Program-made: the position numbers and the translations under genes
DNA from: Octopus bimaculoides
Taxonomy: Eukaryota
Length of the DNA: 38,049 bases
Direction of reading: 5' to 3'
NCBI RefSeq assembly: GCF_001194135.2
Contig: NC_068986.1
Coordinates: forward strand, 46,961,455 to 46,999,503
Shown here: piece after piece, positions 1 to 11,859 of the stretch
Numbering within the stretch: position 1 is the stretch's first letter
Layout: every line of letters begins with the position of its first letter
Notes under the pieces: model-generated
Database searches by the model: none
What the model was told of the DNA's origin: nothing
Seen by the model: the letters and a program-made list of their open reading frames with translations, nothing else

Positions 1-50
<50 letters not shown>
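1..50. repeat. (AT)n microsatellite
   Basis: Direct reading of the sequence. Confidence 0.97.
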
Positions 51-51
<1 letters not shown>

Positions 52-354
52 AGTGTAGACATACAAACACACGTGTATGTGTGTGTGTGTGACATATATA
101 AATGGTGGGGGTAACTTTTTCAGTTTCCCGAGTGTCAAACTAATACACTTGCTTGTTCTTCATACACCTGTCTTTTGTTGTTCTCTAAATTTCAACTATA
201 TATGTACATGCAACACTGCTCCCTTATGCACAAAAAAGAACCCTGGAAAACAATTCTGAATTTTGAAGCTGAGTGGGTCGTATTAAAATTGTGAATAAAA
301 ATTTATTATCTCATGAAATAACATCTCAATAACGTGAAAAATGATTCTGGAAGA

Positions 355-1810
355 ATATCATATTTAGCTCCATTCGTGTAGAATTAATCTATTCATTTAT
401 ACTTTCTGCTATTTGGCAGAAATTGCCACATGGCATTTACAAGGCCTAATATTTTTCGTCGTATTTACTTCTACTCAAGATCATGCACATCGAGGGAAAA
501 TAGCAGAAACATTTTGCTATGTTAATATTGATTTTTAGGAGAAAATATTTTTTTATAGAGGAATCTTTTCAATTTATCCAATTAAAACGAAATGATGCTA
601 AAATCAAGGTGGTAGTAATTTTTTAAGAACTTGGAGACGAAAAGCCGTTAGAAGACTGTCGACCTCAATGCTATGACAATGCTGTCGTTTTAGCTAACTA
701 TAAAAATAATGTTCAACATAGAATTCATAAAGAAAACTGCCAAGCTATTTTTGTAGACTGTGATAATATTTTTTTATGTTTGATTGAAGTCTTTGCTGAT
801 GACATGATGTGTTGCGGCTAAATTCTTTTCAGCGCAATTGAGTTTATTTTTTAAAATTCATTTTTTCGTTCAAATCTCCGAAGACAAAAGTTGGAAAATA
901 TCATACCAGTAGTTTCCAAATCAAAATCTGAAACTCAGTGGAATTCCAAAACGAAGACTGTGAAATAATTTCGTAAATATTTTGATATCATACTGGAATT
1001 TTTGAAAAGCATGATTCACGCTCAAAATCAAACCAATAATACGCTGCAATAGAAATCAGGTTTTGCATCAGAATTTGGCTTTTAATTTTTTTGGTGTTGC
1101 TTGGATTTAGAATCAAAATCTTATATGGATTGACTGAGTCAAAACTAATCATGGTCCTATTTGGGATTTTCAAAGGTCAAACTTCTTTTTAAGCAGTCGG
1201 GAATCCTTAATAAAGTGGATCACTTAAAATTTAGATAAATTATGTGAATAACGGGATATTGAAGCAAACATTAGCTCTCATATAGAAGAAACAAAAATCG
1301 GGGGGGGGGGGGAGCCAAGGACGTGGAGTTAAATGCGAGGGAAGAAATAATAAATAAGAAAGGAATTATTGATCTTCTCCATAAATTGGGTTCAAAATTT
1401 CGTTTTCTTTTACATGCTATGAGTTGCCTTATAATCTAGATGAATGCAACAGCATCCATAATGTCAATACATTTTTAAAAAGATGTCCAAATACTAATAT
1501 AGACGGTTTTCAGCTTTCTGAAAAAGTTTGGAATCGTAAGATGTTTTTTTGGAAACATTTACATTACTAAAACCGAAGAAGTCGTGTCTATTTTCTGCTA
1601 AATTTAAGAGTTGCAATTCAGATAATGCTTACTAATGCAATGCTATTTTCTAATTGTGTGCGATCTTTCAGCAAACTAAAATCGATCTGTATTTAAAATT
1701 TTCATTGAAGCGAAGACTGTGAACTTTCAACGTGCTCAACATTAAACTTGAATTGAGTGAAAACACAGATTTTGATATTATTGAAGCTTTTGAATTGGCA
1801 AAATTAGCCC
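355..1810 (+). mobile_element. Decayed hAT-superfamily DNA transposase (ZMYM1-like/hAT type), pseudogenised
   Basis: Manual translation gives hAT motifs in the expected order: SYLAPFV*N (about 358, cf. SYLSP.IQNE), STQDHAHR..FCYVNIDF (cf. STPD.SH.EQ..RYV.ID), DCRPQCYDNA (654-683, cf. DCRGQ.YDNA), NVQHRIHKENCQAIFVDC, SETQW (927-941, cf. SETRW), and the C-terminal dimerisation motif NLRVAIQIMLT..SNCVRSFSKLK (about 1601-1681). Many stops and frameshifts. No TIRs identified. Confidence 0.85.
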
Positions 1811-1814
1811 TTAT

Positions 1815-3330
1815 TCAGACTAATCAACCCCAGCCAAATCAGAAATAGTTCAGTAAAGATATTTTCAGGAAAATCTATGATTACATAAGGGAACCCACTG
1901 AACTAGCTTTCCAAGTTCGATGGTTTTCCTGATATAACCATGAAGAGATTAATGATTGGGTTAAGAAAATTACTAATAAACGCCAGGCCAGATTCACGCA
2001 ACTTGATATTGTAGACTTTTATGCTTCCATCTCCAAAGCACTTTTAATTAGAGTACTTAACCTTGCTGGCAAATTCCCCATTATAAATGATAATGATATT
2101 GAAATAATTTGGCATAACTGTCTTTCTTGATCCAGAGCGAGATTTCATCATAAGAGTATTTCTCATATTTACAGTACTGCCTAATTACATGGACTTTTCC
2201 ATGCTAGAAGGACACTGCTACTTGGGAAGTCTCTGAATGACTCAAAGGATCTTACATAGACAACCTCTCATACCTGTTCATGGGATTGTTTGATGGGGCA
2301 GACGTATACGACCTAATTGGCGCATTTCTGCTTGCCATACCAGGGAGGATATTCCCCTCTGTGTCCTTTGGAACATACAGAAATGACGTCCCAACACTTT
2401 TCAAGAACATAAATGGTTCTGTCTTACATTGTTTAAAGAAAGACATTATCCAAACATTTAAGTTCTTCGTTCAAAAGGTTCTTGCCGACACCATCCGAAC
2501 TGTTGACAATTTTCTAGATGTGTCACTTATCTTACAACCAGCATCCACCAGTCTTGCCGGAAGCTAAATGACAGGATAGGCTGCTTCACATCAATGTTAC
2601 CCCGCCATAGTCTTTAAAAACTTAGTTTTAAAATATTAGTAAAAGAATCTCTAATCTTTTTTCCAGTAAGGAACGTTTTGACAAAACAACCATTCCTTTA
2701 TAACGACGCCCTGATAGCAAGCAGCTTTCGGAAAAAAAATTAGATTTACCCCTAGCACAGTACCACGTAGAAGAAGAAGGTACTGGAATGTCATGTGGTT
2801 CACACCCATTCCTTTATTCTACAGACATTGCAACCAACATAGGCACAATCTTTCTAAAATTAATAGACACTTTCTTGCTAATTACAGAGAAAACTTTTCA
2901 GTAGGCACAATTAGTTTTAGTTCCAGTCCCAATTTCAAAAACATATACGTCACTTAGAGATACCAAGTGTTCTTGGAAAAATAGAGAACTGTGCCCACTG
3001 AATGAAGCTCATAATACTGAAGGTATAATTTATGAAGCATCAGGTAGTGAAAATATCACACCATCTGCAATAAGAAGTACGTGTAGCATACGGAAGGCAA
3101 CTTTAAAGCAAGGTATATTAACTATAATCTCTTTAGAAACGAATAAACTCAACACCACAATGCTCTCCAGCTACTTCTGAGATATGTACAAAGGTTCATC
3201 AACCATTCCATCAACTAGAAGATCCTAAAATGATACAAATCTTACATCAGAAGGTGCATGTTCTGTAATGTACAAAGTGGCTTATTTTGGAAGCTTTAGG
3301 GAGCTGACCACGCACCACTAAATACATCCT
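1815..3330 (+). mobile_element. 5'-truncated, decayed Penelope-like retroelement (RT + C-terminal GIY-YIG endonuclease)
   Basis: Motifs in order: RLINP (about 1817), QLDIVDFYASIS (1999-2034), MGLFDGADVYDLIG (2280-2321, cf. MGSFDGAEVCELVG), YRND at the catalytic YRDD site (2376-2387), NFLDVSL, YNDAL, RRRRRYWNVMWFTP then DIATNIGTIFLKLID (about 2766-2870), CSWKNRELCPLN (about 2968-3003), KKYV*HTEGNFKARY, TMLSSYF*D, RRCMFC. Stops and frameshifts throughout. Confidence 0.9.
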
Positions 3331-4314
3331 CAGATTTTGATTTGTCACTATACATTATCAGCAAGAGCCTCTAATGACTTTTTTATGTTTTATACTTATT
3401 ACTACAATTTTTATTATTTCTATTAATTTTATTTAATTTTATTAATTTGAGTAAATATTATTAATCTTATAAGGTTTTATAAAATTATGTACGTGTGTAC
3501 TTGGATGCCTGTCTATGTGTGCGTGTACATATGTGTGCAATTACAGCTATGTACGTGCATATATACATTTCATAAACAAACTCTTTGTTCAGTTTAGATA
3601 TGTTTGGAACATATTTGACCTTTTAAAAGCCCATTTTCAGTACAGTTTGCGGTGGAAAAAATATTTTCCCGTTTTATGCGACAGGTGTTACAACAACAGT
3701 CCTTTCAGGGTACTATTTCAAGCTAGTTAGATATCAGCAGCAGTGCATACCACGAAAGACAACCCTGAAATGACTTACAAACCATAGCTTCCTTATAGAT
3801 TATCAGTAGAAACTATCAACTGACCTAAAAACTGCGTGTGACGCCGACAGGTTCGAGCAAATTATGGTTCGAGTAGGCAAGCGAAGCAGTGATGTGAAAT
3901 AAACTCTTTGGAATTCAAATATGTTTACGACATACTCTTTTATATTTTCATATCTTTCTATAATTATACTTTCGTAACCTTTACTATGTACTGTTACTAG
4001 ATAATTCCCCACTCACACACTACCAGACATTTACATGAACATTTTATACGTTTCTTAATTTTTCTTATATTTTTCATATATTTGATAACTTTTATGCATT
4101 ATTATTGTGCAATATATTTTTACTTATATTTTCTCCAAATTAACACAAACACCCACAATTTATCTCCAAATGTTTTAATACTTTTAGCCAAAGCCTTGTT
4201 TGTTTTTACACATGTCTGTGGGTGGGTATGTGTGCATGTATATGCATGTACATATTGTTATATTACATTATATGTTTTATATTTTATACTATTTAATGTC
4301 GTATTATATTAACT

Positions 4315-4316
<2 letters not shown>

Positions 4317-4351
<35 letters not shown>
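4317..4351. repeat. (TA)n microsatellite
   Basis: Direct reading. Confidence 0.95.
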
Positions 4352-4354
<3 letters not shown>

Positions 4355-4514
4355 TATAAGACGGGATGACCACTAGGTGGACATCCAATATGCTAGAAAG
4401 AGGTCGTCAACGACCCAACCACAAAAGAAAAATCATGTTCTCCAGAAAAAATTCAGCAACAATACCAGATTATACGCATGTAATACAATTTTTCTGAATT
4501 ATCAGATTTTTTAT

Positions 4515-4983
4515 NNNNNNNNNNNNNNNNNNNNNNNNNNNNNNNNNNNNNNNNNNNNNNNNNNNNNNNNNNNNNNNNNNNNNNNNNNNNNNNNNNNNNN
4601 NNNNNNNNNNNNNNNNNNNNNNNNNNNNNNNNNNNNNNNNNNNNNNNNNNNNNNNNNNNNNNNNNNNNNNNNNNNNNNNNNNNNNNNNNNNNNNNNNNNN
4701 NNNNNNNNNNNNNNNNNNNNNNNNNNNNNNNNNNNNNNNNNNNNNNNNNNNNNNNNNNNNNNNNNNNNNNNNNNNNNNNNNNNNNNNNNNNNNNNNNNNN
4801 NNNNNNNNNNNNNNNNNNNNNNNNNNNNNNNNNNNNNNNNNNNNNNNNNNNNNNNNNNNNNNNNNNNNNNNNNNNNNNNNNNNNNNNNNNNNNNNNNNNN
4901 NNNNNNNNNNNNNNNNNNNNNNNNNNNNNNNNNNNNNNNNNNNNNNNNNNNNNNNNNNNNNNNNNNNNNNNNNNNNNNNNNNN
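4515..4983. other. Assembly gap (N-run). Other gaps: 5687-5696, 10914-11353, 18034-18117, 22249-22258, 25544-25877, 28977-29245, 32544-32814, 33783-33792
   Basis: Runs of n in the sequence. Confidence 1.
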
Positions 4984-5128
4984 ATATATATATATATATG
5001 TGTGTGTGTGTGAGTAAAAATAAATACAAAACAAGGGTTTTGTATGATTGTGTATAGAGGAATATATTATTTTATTTAAAAGAGTTCCAACTCTGTTTTT
5101 TTATGTTTTATTTATATTCTTGTAAGAC

Positions 5129-5176
5129 GAAGGCCTTGATGAATACCACAAGGTATGAAAATACGTATTCGCATTT
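5129..5176 (+). ncRNA. Minimal type I hammerhead-ribozyme-like motif (PLE-associated type), core variant
   Basis: (C)TTGATGA 5135-5142, perfect stem II ATACC-acaa-GGTAT 5143-5156, GAAA 5157-5160, palindromic stem III ATACGTAT 5161-5168, TC cleavage-site dinucleotide 5169-5170, imperfect stem I (GAAGGC/GCATTT). Confidence 0.55.
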
Positions 5177-5696
5177 ATATATTTAATTCTTTATATTGAA
5201 CACTCAATATTTCATATATTCAATAAGACATATTTCATATATTCAATAAGACATTCAATACTTCATTTCATTGTACCATCTATTTTTATATTATATATTA
5301 TATATTCCATATTCTATATCCCACATTAATTATACAAGAATATAAATAAAACATAAAAAACAGACAGAGCTAGAACTCTTTTAAATAAAATAATGTATAT
5401 ATTTATATATATATATATCGTTTTTAATGCGCTTCTTTTTATTTTAACCATACAGTCTTTAATCATATATAAATATTATTTTTACCAAAACCTCACAATT
5501 AAGTATAGCCGTTCTGTCCCCTTTGAACAATTAAATGGTTTGGTAATATTTTGGGATAGCACCATGTTTTTTTTTTCTTACAATGACTTCATATGACGGC
5601 TTATGGACAGTGGCACGCGCTTTAATTTCCTATTAGTAATCGGATAACCACGTATAGAAATACGTAGTCTTTCAGAAAAATCTTAGNNNNNNNNNN

Positions 5697-6230
5697 TCGG
5701 ACAGATAGACGATACAAAGGCGGACAGGAGAAACAACAATTAGAAGAACAGGGGAAAAAAAGGACGGGTCATTCGTGGCCTTCTTTCCTCAGTCAACTTA
5801 CCAAATGTCCCTTCTGTTTCGGTCAGTTACACTTGAGACAGTTTGATCTGGTTTCCCAAAAAAAACGTCTAAGCTAAGAGCATTAGACCCCTTTGTAAGA
5901 AAGCTAACGAACGTGTACGGCAACAAAGACAAAAAGACAAATAAACAAAAAAAACGGAGAACATGGTATACAATTACGAATACAAACAACAAGAAAATAA
6001 CAACAGGCGTTTTCGACTGAGAACAAATCAAATTGGGCTGGCGTGTATGAAGTGAAAGCCTAAAAACAAGAACATAGGAGATGGACATAAGAGGTGTTGG
6101 TGGCTGCCAGTCAGGCCAAGAAAGAAAGATCATGGCTGGCCGGACACCAGTCACGTGGGAGGAGGAAAGAGGGGTAGGGGGCAACAGAATTAAAGGATTA
6201 GAAAAGATTCAAGACTCACGCATACACAGG
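5697..6230 (-). repeat. Interspersed repeat, probably non-autonomous or PLE-terminal-repeat derived
   Basis: GC-richer block in AT-rich flanks. The minus strand runs pyrimidine-rich head, CACGTGAC, then ACTGAGGAAAG..GTCCT..TTGTTGTTT, a layout similar to 24920-25360. Family not identified. Confidence 0.35.
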
Positions 6231-7854
6231 TGTTTTTCATTTGTCATGAAATATAGTTTTTAATAATTTTTTAGAGTTTTTTTTAGAGTTATTACTTCAA
6301 GTAACATGTTTTCGTGTCACAGCAGAAATTAGAATTGTAAAGAGCAGTCTTTACATGCGCTATTTATTGATTTACACTGTTTACAGTGAAAGCGGCTTTA
6401 CCTTTACTCCGCTCCTGGAGATAATCGAATAGGCTACTCTGATTATATCATTAGTACTTATTTTAGTACTTCTCGGGAAGGATAAAAGGTAGAATTGACT
6501 GATGTAGGATGCGAAATCACAGCATACATAAACATAATCAAATGACTTGAGGTATTTAGTATGACATTCTGCTATTTTTGCTACTCCACCACCCTATTAA
6601 TTTACATATTAATTCTGTATATCAAATGGAATTACGATTAGGAATCAAAATATTAATCTTGTATTTACAAAGACGAAAGAGTTTGGAAAGTCGGGACAAT
6701 GTGTGTAAAATAAATAAAACAATCCTGTACTCTGCTGCCGTTGTCATTAAGTCTCACACTGAGATGACGTATGTATGTGAAGTAGTGAAACAGTAATATT
6801 CGGATTTGGTTTTAATATCTAGTATAATCTTTGGAAGCTGCTGTACGAATGAAAACGTTATTATTAAATAGAAGTCCCTGATTAATGCTACAGAACCTTT
6901 CTTGACTTTTCAGCTTATCTCTTGGTAAAATCCAATAATTTCACACATTCAGTTCGTTAGGTCAATTAAACAAGATTAAAATTATCGTTCCAGGTCAGAA
7001 GGTGTAAATCGGTGATCATTTCACCCAATAAGAGACTAGACAGGAAACACAGTAAAATGGAATTCGATATTGAAATAGGAATTAGAAGAGATAATACGAA
7101 AGACAATCTTGCATATAAATTAGAACGAAAGCTGGATTTACTCTACAAGCATGTAAGAATATATCTGACTTCAGAAAACTAACTAATTTGTGGATGGCAG
7201 CTGAGTTCTATAAACAAATCGAACAAATAATAAATCTACTTCTTATCGCCGCCATCGAGTCACTTCTGCAAACATCCGACATTAGACATCTTAACAGACA
7301 TTTTCATTTTGGAATTCGATACATGTACATGTTTCCCTCAAACAAAATTAGAAATAAAACATATAATTAATTTGTTATCTTCCTAATGATCATCTCCTTT
7401 ACTATAATAGCAGTGACACATGAAAACTTAGCCAGTAAGAATTGTTCTTTTTATATGTTTATTTCTCTTAATGTTAGGGAAAATGTATGCAAATATTATG
7501 AAGCAGAAATATCATTACTACTACTGTATTATTTCTGCAATATAGAAATTATTTAATAATCATTTATCGTGTTTTATTGCACAATGTGTGAACTGTTTAA
7601 TTTAATATATAAAGTATTTGAGTTAGCTTTCATTTTAAGCAAAAACAGGTCACAACTGCGGCGCTTTGGTCTTTCTTGGTTTCGAATTTATTCTTTCGCC
7701 AACATACTCAGTAAACTTTAAAATCAAAACAGCAGCGGTTTTGATTTATCTGATGTCGATAATGTAAAGTTTTAGTTCTGCAACTTGCACATCAATAATG
7801 TAGAAAGACAATGGACTTACAGAATAGAGTGTCTGACACAATGCATTACAGTAT

Positions 7855-7965
7855 TTCGATACGACCCTACGTTCTAAATTCAACTCCGTCCGTGTTTGAA
7901 TTTACCTTTCATTCTTCCAGGGTCGATAAAATAAAGGATCAATCAAGTATTGGGACGGTACATAT
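7855..7965 (+). mobile_element. SINE family B fragment
   Basis: TACGTTCTAAATTCAACT..TTTACCTTTCATTCTTCCAGGGTCGATAAAATAAAG matches the central part of the copies at 14288 and 35950. Confidence 0.7.
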
Positions 7966-8133
7966 CTATATGATGCGTTCGTCATGTGAATGTTATAGTT
8001 ATTGAAAATTAAGAAGACCCTTGCTCGAATTCATATTCTTTTCTAAGTTGTATCTGCTACATATTTTTCTGTCACAACTTCTTATATTCCAATTTATATT
8101 CTGCACCCTATGCTAACTAGAGAATGTACACAA

Positions 8134-8137
<4 letters not shown>

Positions 8138-8203
<66 letters not shown>

Positions 8204-8207
8204 ATAT
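8138..8207. repeat. (CA)n/(TA)n microsatellite
   Basis: Direct reading. Confidence 0.95.
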
Positions 8208-9410
8208 TAACATTCAAACCAACATTTTCATAGATTAATTATTAATACGAATATGCCTTTCATGAGCCATATGTTAATACTATAAAAAGTAGTTAATTTA
8301 TTATTCAACAGTTTTCCATCAAAAGAGATTTTACATTCTCAAATTCTGAATTGTAAAACTTATGGTTCTATTTTTTGCAATTCTTTAAAGTTTTATATTT
8401 ATTATTTGCTTCCACAAAAAACGGCAAATGCCTTTTTCTGCAAGCGTTTTTTATACTCATTGTAAATATTCATAAGTTTATATTTTTTGCATACATTGCT
8501 TTATTTTTAAATTTCATTTGTTCAGTTTTATGACTATAATCTGAAAGTGTATTAATAATTGTTAGGGAAACATTGATAAATATACCACCTTTTACTCCAC
8601 CCAATAATGCATCAATAAATAATAAAAGGAAATGTCAACAGAATGTCATGAACATTCTAGTAGCCAATCGCTGTCTTACACGTAGTGAATCTTTAATGAA
8701 GCTACGTCAATTGATAAATATCAAATGTCGTTAATATCAAGTCATGTGGAGGGACGTGCAAACGATTCTAATGTTATCCAATAGTAGAGCTCTTTAGAGA
8801 GTTTGAAGTGGCAAACTACTTTACGTCTATGTTGAAAGAGTTATTGGTAACCAAGAATATTAATCTGAATAGCTGCACCGGTGGGAAAGACTGGAAACAA
8901 TCGATGTCAGTACGTGTTATTTCGATAAATTCGTTTATGAAATGAAATGCTTTACATATTTAGGTTAGGACAGACATTTAGATCATAATGAAAGTTATAT
9001 AGGATTCTGTGTTGTTACTGGGTAATAGTTTTCTATAGGTATTTCGATTTCATTGAAAACAGCAAAGAAATATTCCACATGAAAACGTTTGGATTTCTCT
9101 TGAAAAGTTATTGGAAAAAGTTATTGCATGTCATTGAAATACCTATATGTTACTACTCTTTAACGTTCTGAATTGTCGCTTGGGAATTGGAAGATAAAGG
9201 CATACAAGTTCTTGCAAATTGCGAAATATCTCGGTGTTTGTCATTTATCTTCACCTTCCTTTGATTGTATTAATTCACTTTTGAAAGAAAACAATTTGTT
9301 AACTTATAATTTCATCTGTCCTGTATAGCACAATTCTCAAATTCCTCCGTCAATTAATGTAATATATATCTTCAGAATAGAAGGAAATATAACTGTTAAT
9401 CTAACCTTGA

Positions 9411-9700
9411 ATTATAAATGAAAATTCCTACATAGTCCTATTACTCCAATATTTCGTCCTTATTCGTTACTTTTGTAACTCTACTTCCACTTCCTCATAT
9501 GGGAAGAACTCATACAGATTATCTTTTGGAATCTATGACTGAAGGATGATCATACCTGAAAAAGAAATAACAAATCAGTTGTTAAGAATAGATTTTAAAC
9601 ACTGAAAAATTTTAAGTCGATCTCTAGTCATAAAATTAAACAATTTAGTACAGAATCAAAGGCAAGTATGTGAAAATTATTTCACCCAAGATTACTTTAG
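9411..9700 (+). pseudogene. Decayed coding segment of unknown family (copy A of a paralog pair)
   Basis: Frame 3 reads IINENSYIVLLLQYFVLIRYFCNSTSTSSYGKNSYRLSFGIYD*RMIIPEKEITNQLLRIDFKH*KILSRSLVIKLNNLVQNQRQ. It is homologous to 12450-12740 with third-position-biased differences. Confidence 0.5.
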
Positions 9701-10913
9701 TAAGTTACGCCGCAGCGACGGAAGAAAGGTACGAAGACGTAAGGCTGGAAGATGTAAGTGAGTATAAGGGAATGCTGAAAAAGTAGGGGAACGAAGTGAA
9801 AGTGTCCCCCCACCACAAAGAAGTCTTAAAGAAAACAGCAGAAAGAACGGTAGTTTATAGGACGTACTCGGTGGCAGCGGGAAAGATTGAGAACATGTCC
9901 ACGGTACAGATAGAAAAGGCGTTTAGACCAGTCTGGCAAGGGATTTCGTACCTTGGCAGAAGTATTAAATTTGGAACGATAGAGGTGGAGCTCGAAAAGG
10001 TAGCTGCTGCCAGGCTGCATTCGGCAACACTGCTGAAAATGAATGAGGTAGTTTTTCTGCCCGTATACCTTGGGAGATGATCTTCTAGGGTTAGGGTGGA
10101 GAAAATACCTCTAGAGGTGGATGTAGCATGGCTGGTGGCGGCTATACAACTTCGAATAGAGAAGGTGGTGGTCCTACAGACCACCAGAACACCTTATAAG
10201 ACCTGGAATGGACAAACCCTTGACATGGCGGTGCAAATCGCAGCGGAGGACATCGAAAAAATGGTCGAACGTATTATAGTGGGAGAGACAACTTTAAAGG
10301 TCACAGTGGAACGGAGGATTCCACGATGTTATAAATGTGGCCTGAAAGGCTAAATTAGATCGGAGTGTCCTCCACCACAAGAAAAGGACAAGGAGAGACA
10401 GAAGGAAAAAGTGGTTGGTGCTACACTGCCAGTGGAGGGAGAAGTAAGTGAGGTGGAACCACAGAAGAAGACAGGCATCAGCGTCGAGGAGGAAGAAAAT
10501 ACCAGCTGGGAAATGGTGGAGAAAAAGAACAGGAAAAGGACACACGTGCCAAAGGAAGACCCTTCCCAACCCATACCCACTCGGCCCTCAGCCATACCCA
10601 CTCTACCCCAACCACTACAGACACCAACCCTCTCCATGCCCCACCCGACACAAAGACAAACATAAGCACACAGGAGCCACAAAATCATCCCACTCTTGCT
10701 CTGGGAGAGAAAATGTATCGTGTTGTACAATGGACGAAGCGATGAACTGTGCAAGAAAATAGAAACATGGGATACGGCAATTAAAGTGGATACTTTAATT
10801 GTGGGGGAGTTGCCGGAGTACATGCGATGTGCGGTGGTGGACCCGGAGTACCTGGCGAGATTGAGGAAGTATGTGGAAGATTTTAAGTGGTGGGAAAAGA
10901 GAATAAATACAAG
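9700..10913 (+). mobile_element. Non-LTR retrotransposon ORF1 (gag-like, zinc knuckle) pseudogene
   Basis: Track ORFs 9796, 10096, 10411 and 10696 share one frame, broken only by stops at 9784, 10078, 10351 and 10663. N-terminal SYAAA motif. CYKCGLKG*IRSEC is a CX2CX4HX4C knuckle with H replaced by a stop. Purine-rich and GC-richer than flanks. Runs into the gap at 10914. Confidence 0.8.
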
Positions 10914-11353
10914 NNNNNNNNNNNNNNNNNNNNNNNNNNNNNNNNNNNNNNNNNNNNNNNNNNNNNNNNNNNNNNNNNNNNNNNNNNNNNNNNNNNNNNN
11001 NNNNNNNNNNNNNNNNNNNNNNNNNNNNNNNNNNNNNNNNNNNNNNNNNNNNNNNNNNNNNNNNNNNNNNNNNNNNNNNNNNNNNNNNNNNNNNNNNNNN
11101 NNNNNNNNNNNNNNNNNNNNNNNNNNNNNNNNNNNNNNNNNNNNNNNNNNNNNNNNNNNNNNNNNNNNNNNNNNNNNNNNNNNNNNNNNNNNNNNNNNNN
11201 NNNNNNNNNNNNNNNNNNNNNNNNNNNNNNNNNNNNNNNNNNNNNNNNNNNNNNNNNNNNNNNNNNNNNNNNNNNNNNNNNNNNNNNNNNNNNNNNNNNN
11301 NNNNNNNNNNNNNNNNNNNNNNNNNNNNNNNNNNNNNNNNNNNNNNNNNNNNN

Positions 11354-11592
11354 TATATATATATATATATATATATATGTACGTATGTGTATCTCTGTGT
11401 TTGTCCCCTACCACCGCTTGACAACCGGTGTTGGTGTGTTTACCTCTCTGTAACTCAGTGGTTCGGCAGAAAGCGACCGATAGAATAAGTATTAGACTTC
11501 AAAAAATAAGTCCTATGGTTGACTAAAACCCTTCAAGGCAGTGTCCCAGCATGGCTGCAGTCAAATGACTAAAACAAGTAAAAGGTAAAAGA
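11354..11592 (+). mobile_element. SINE family A, 3' half
   Basis: (TA)n then TTTGTCCCC..CGCTTGACAACCGGTGTTGGTGTGTTTAC..GATAGAATAAGTA..CCAGCATGGCTGCAGTCAAATGACTAAAACAAGTAAAAG, shared with the full copy at 27213. Confidence 0.9.
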
Positions 11593-11649
11593 TTCCCTTT
11601 ATTGTAAATGCAGGATGTAAACGCTATACTCTATCAATTCTGTTCTGTC

Positions 11650-11835
11650 GGACAAAATGCCTTGCGGAAATTCTTACGGCTTTTTTGCATTTTGAGTTCA
11701 AATCTCATGGACGTCCGCTTCACCCTTTTATCTCTTGGGAGTCGACAGAATAAAGTACTAGTCAATAACCTGTGACGATGATATCGACTAATTGTTTTCC
11801 TACATAATTACAGGTCCTGTGCCTAAACTGGAAAC
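11650..11835 (+). mobile_element. Degenerate SINE family B
   Basis: TTTTGAGTTCAAAT..GGGAGTCGACAGAATAAAGTACTAGT..ATCGACT, with tail TTACAGGTCCTGTGCCTA. Confidence 0.6.
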
Positions 11836-11859
11836 AATATCAGTTACAGAGGCAGAGTA

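Noticed and set aside
988-1173. 61-aa minus-strand ORF
   Set aside because: It is antisense to the hAT transposase relic.
1299-1313. Poly-G tract as a regulatory G-quadruplex
   Set aside because: It is a homopolymer expansion inside the dead transposase with no supporting context.
1815-3330. Reading the TGA codons of the PLE as selenocysteine, as reported for some PLE lineages
   Set aside because: TAA and TAG stops and frameshifts are also present, at least one TGA falls at an expected Trp position, and no SECIS was seen.
4377-4514. Possible LINE RT fragment (GR..PK..SPE...CNT)
   Set aside because: It needs several frameshifts in 130 nt and is cut by a gap. Too weak.
4377-5057. Long track ORFs spanning N-runs (also at 10350-11453, 25401-25883, 28716-29363, 32447-32908)
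   Set aside because: Their length comes from X residues. Only the 10696-10913 part has real coding support, as LINE ORF1.
6578-7370. Several 60-70 aa plus-strand ORFs
   Set aside because: No motif, splice structure or paralog recognised. The length is within chance for this composition.
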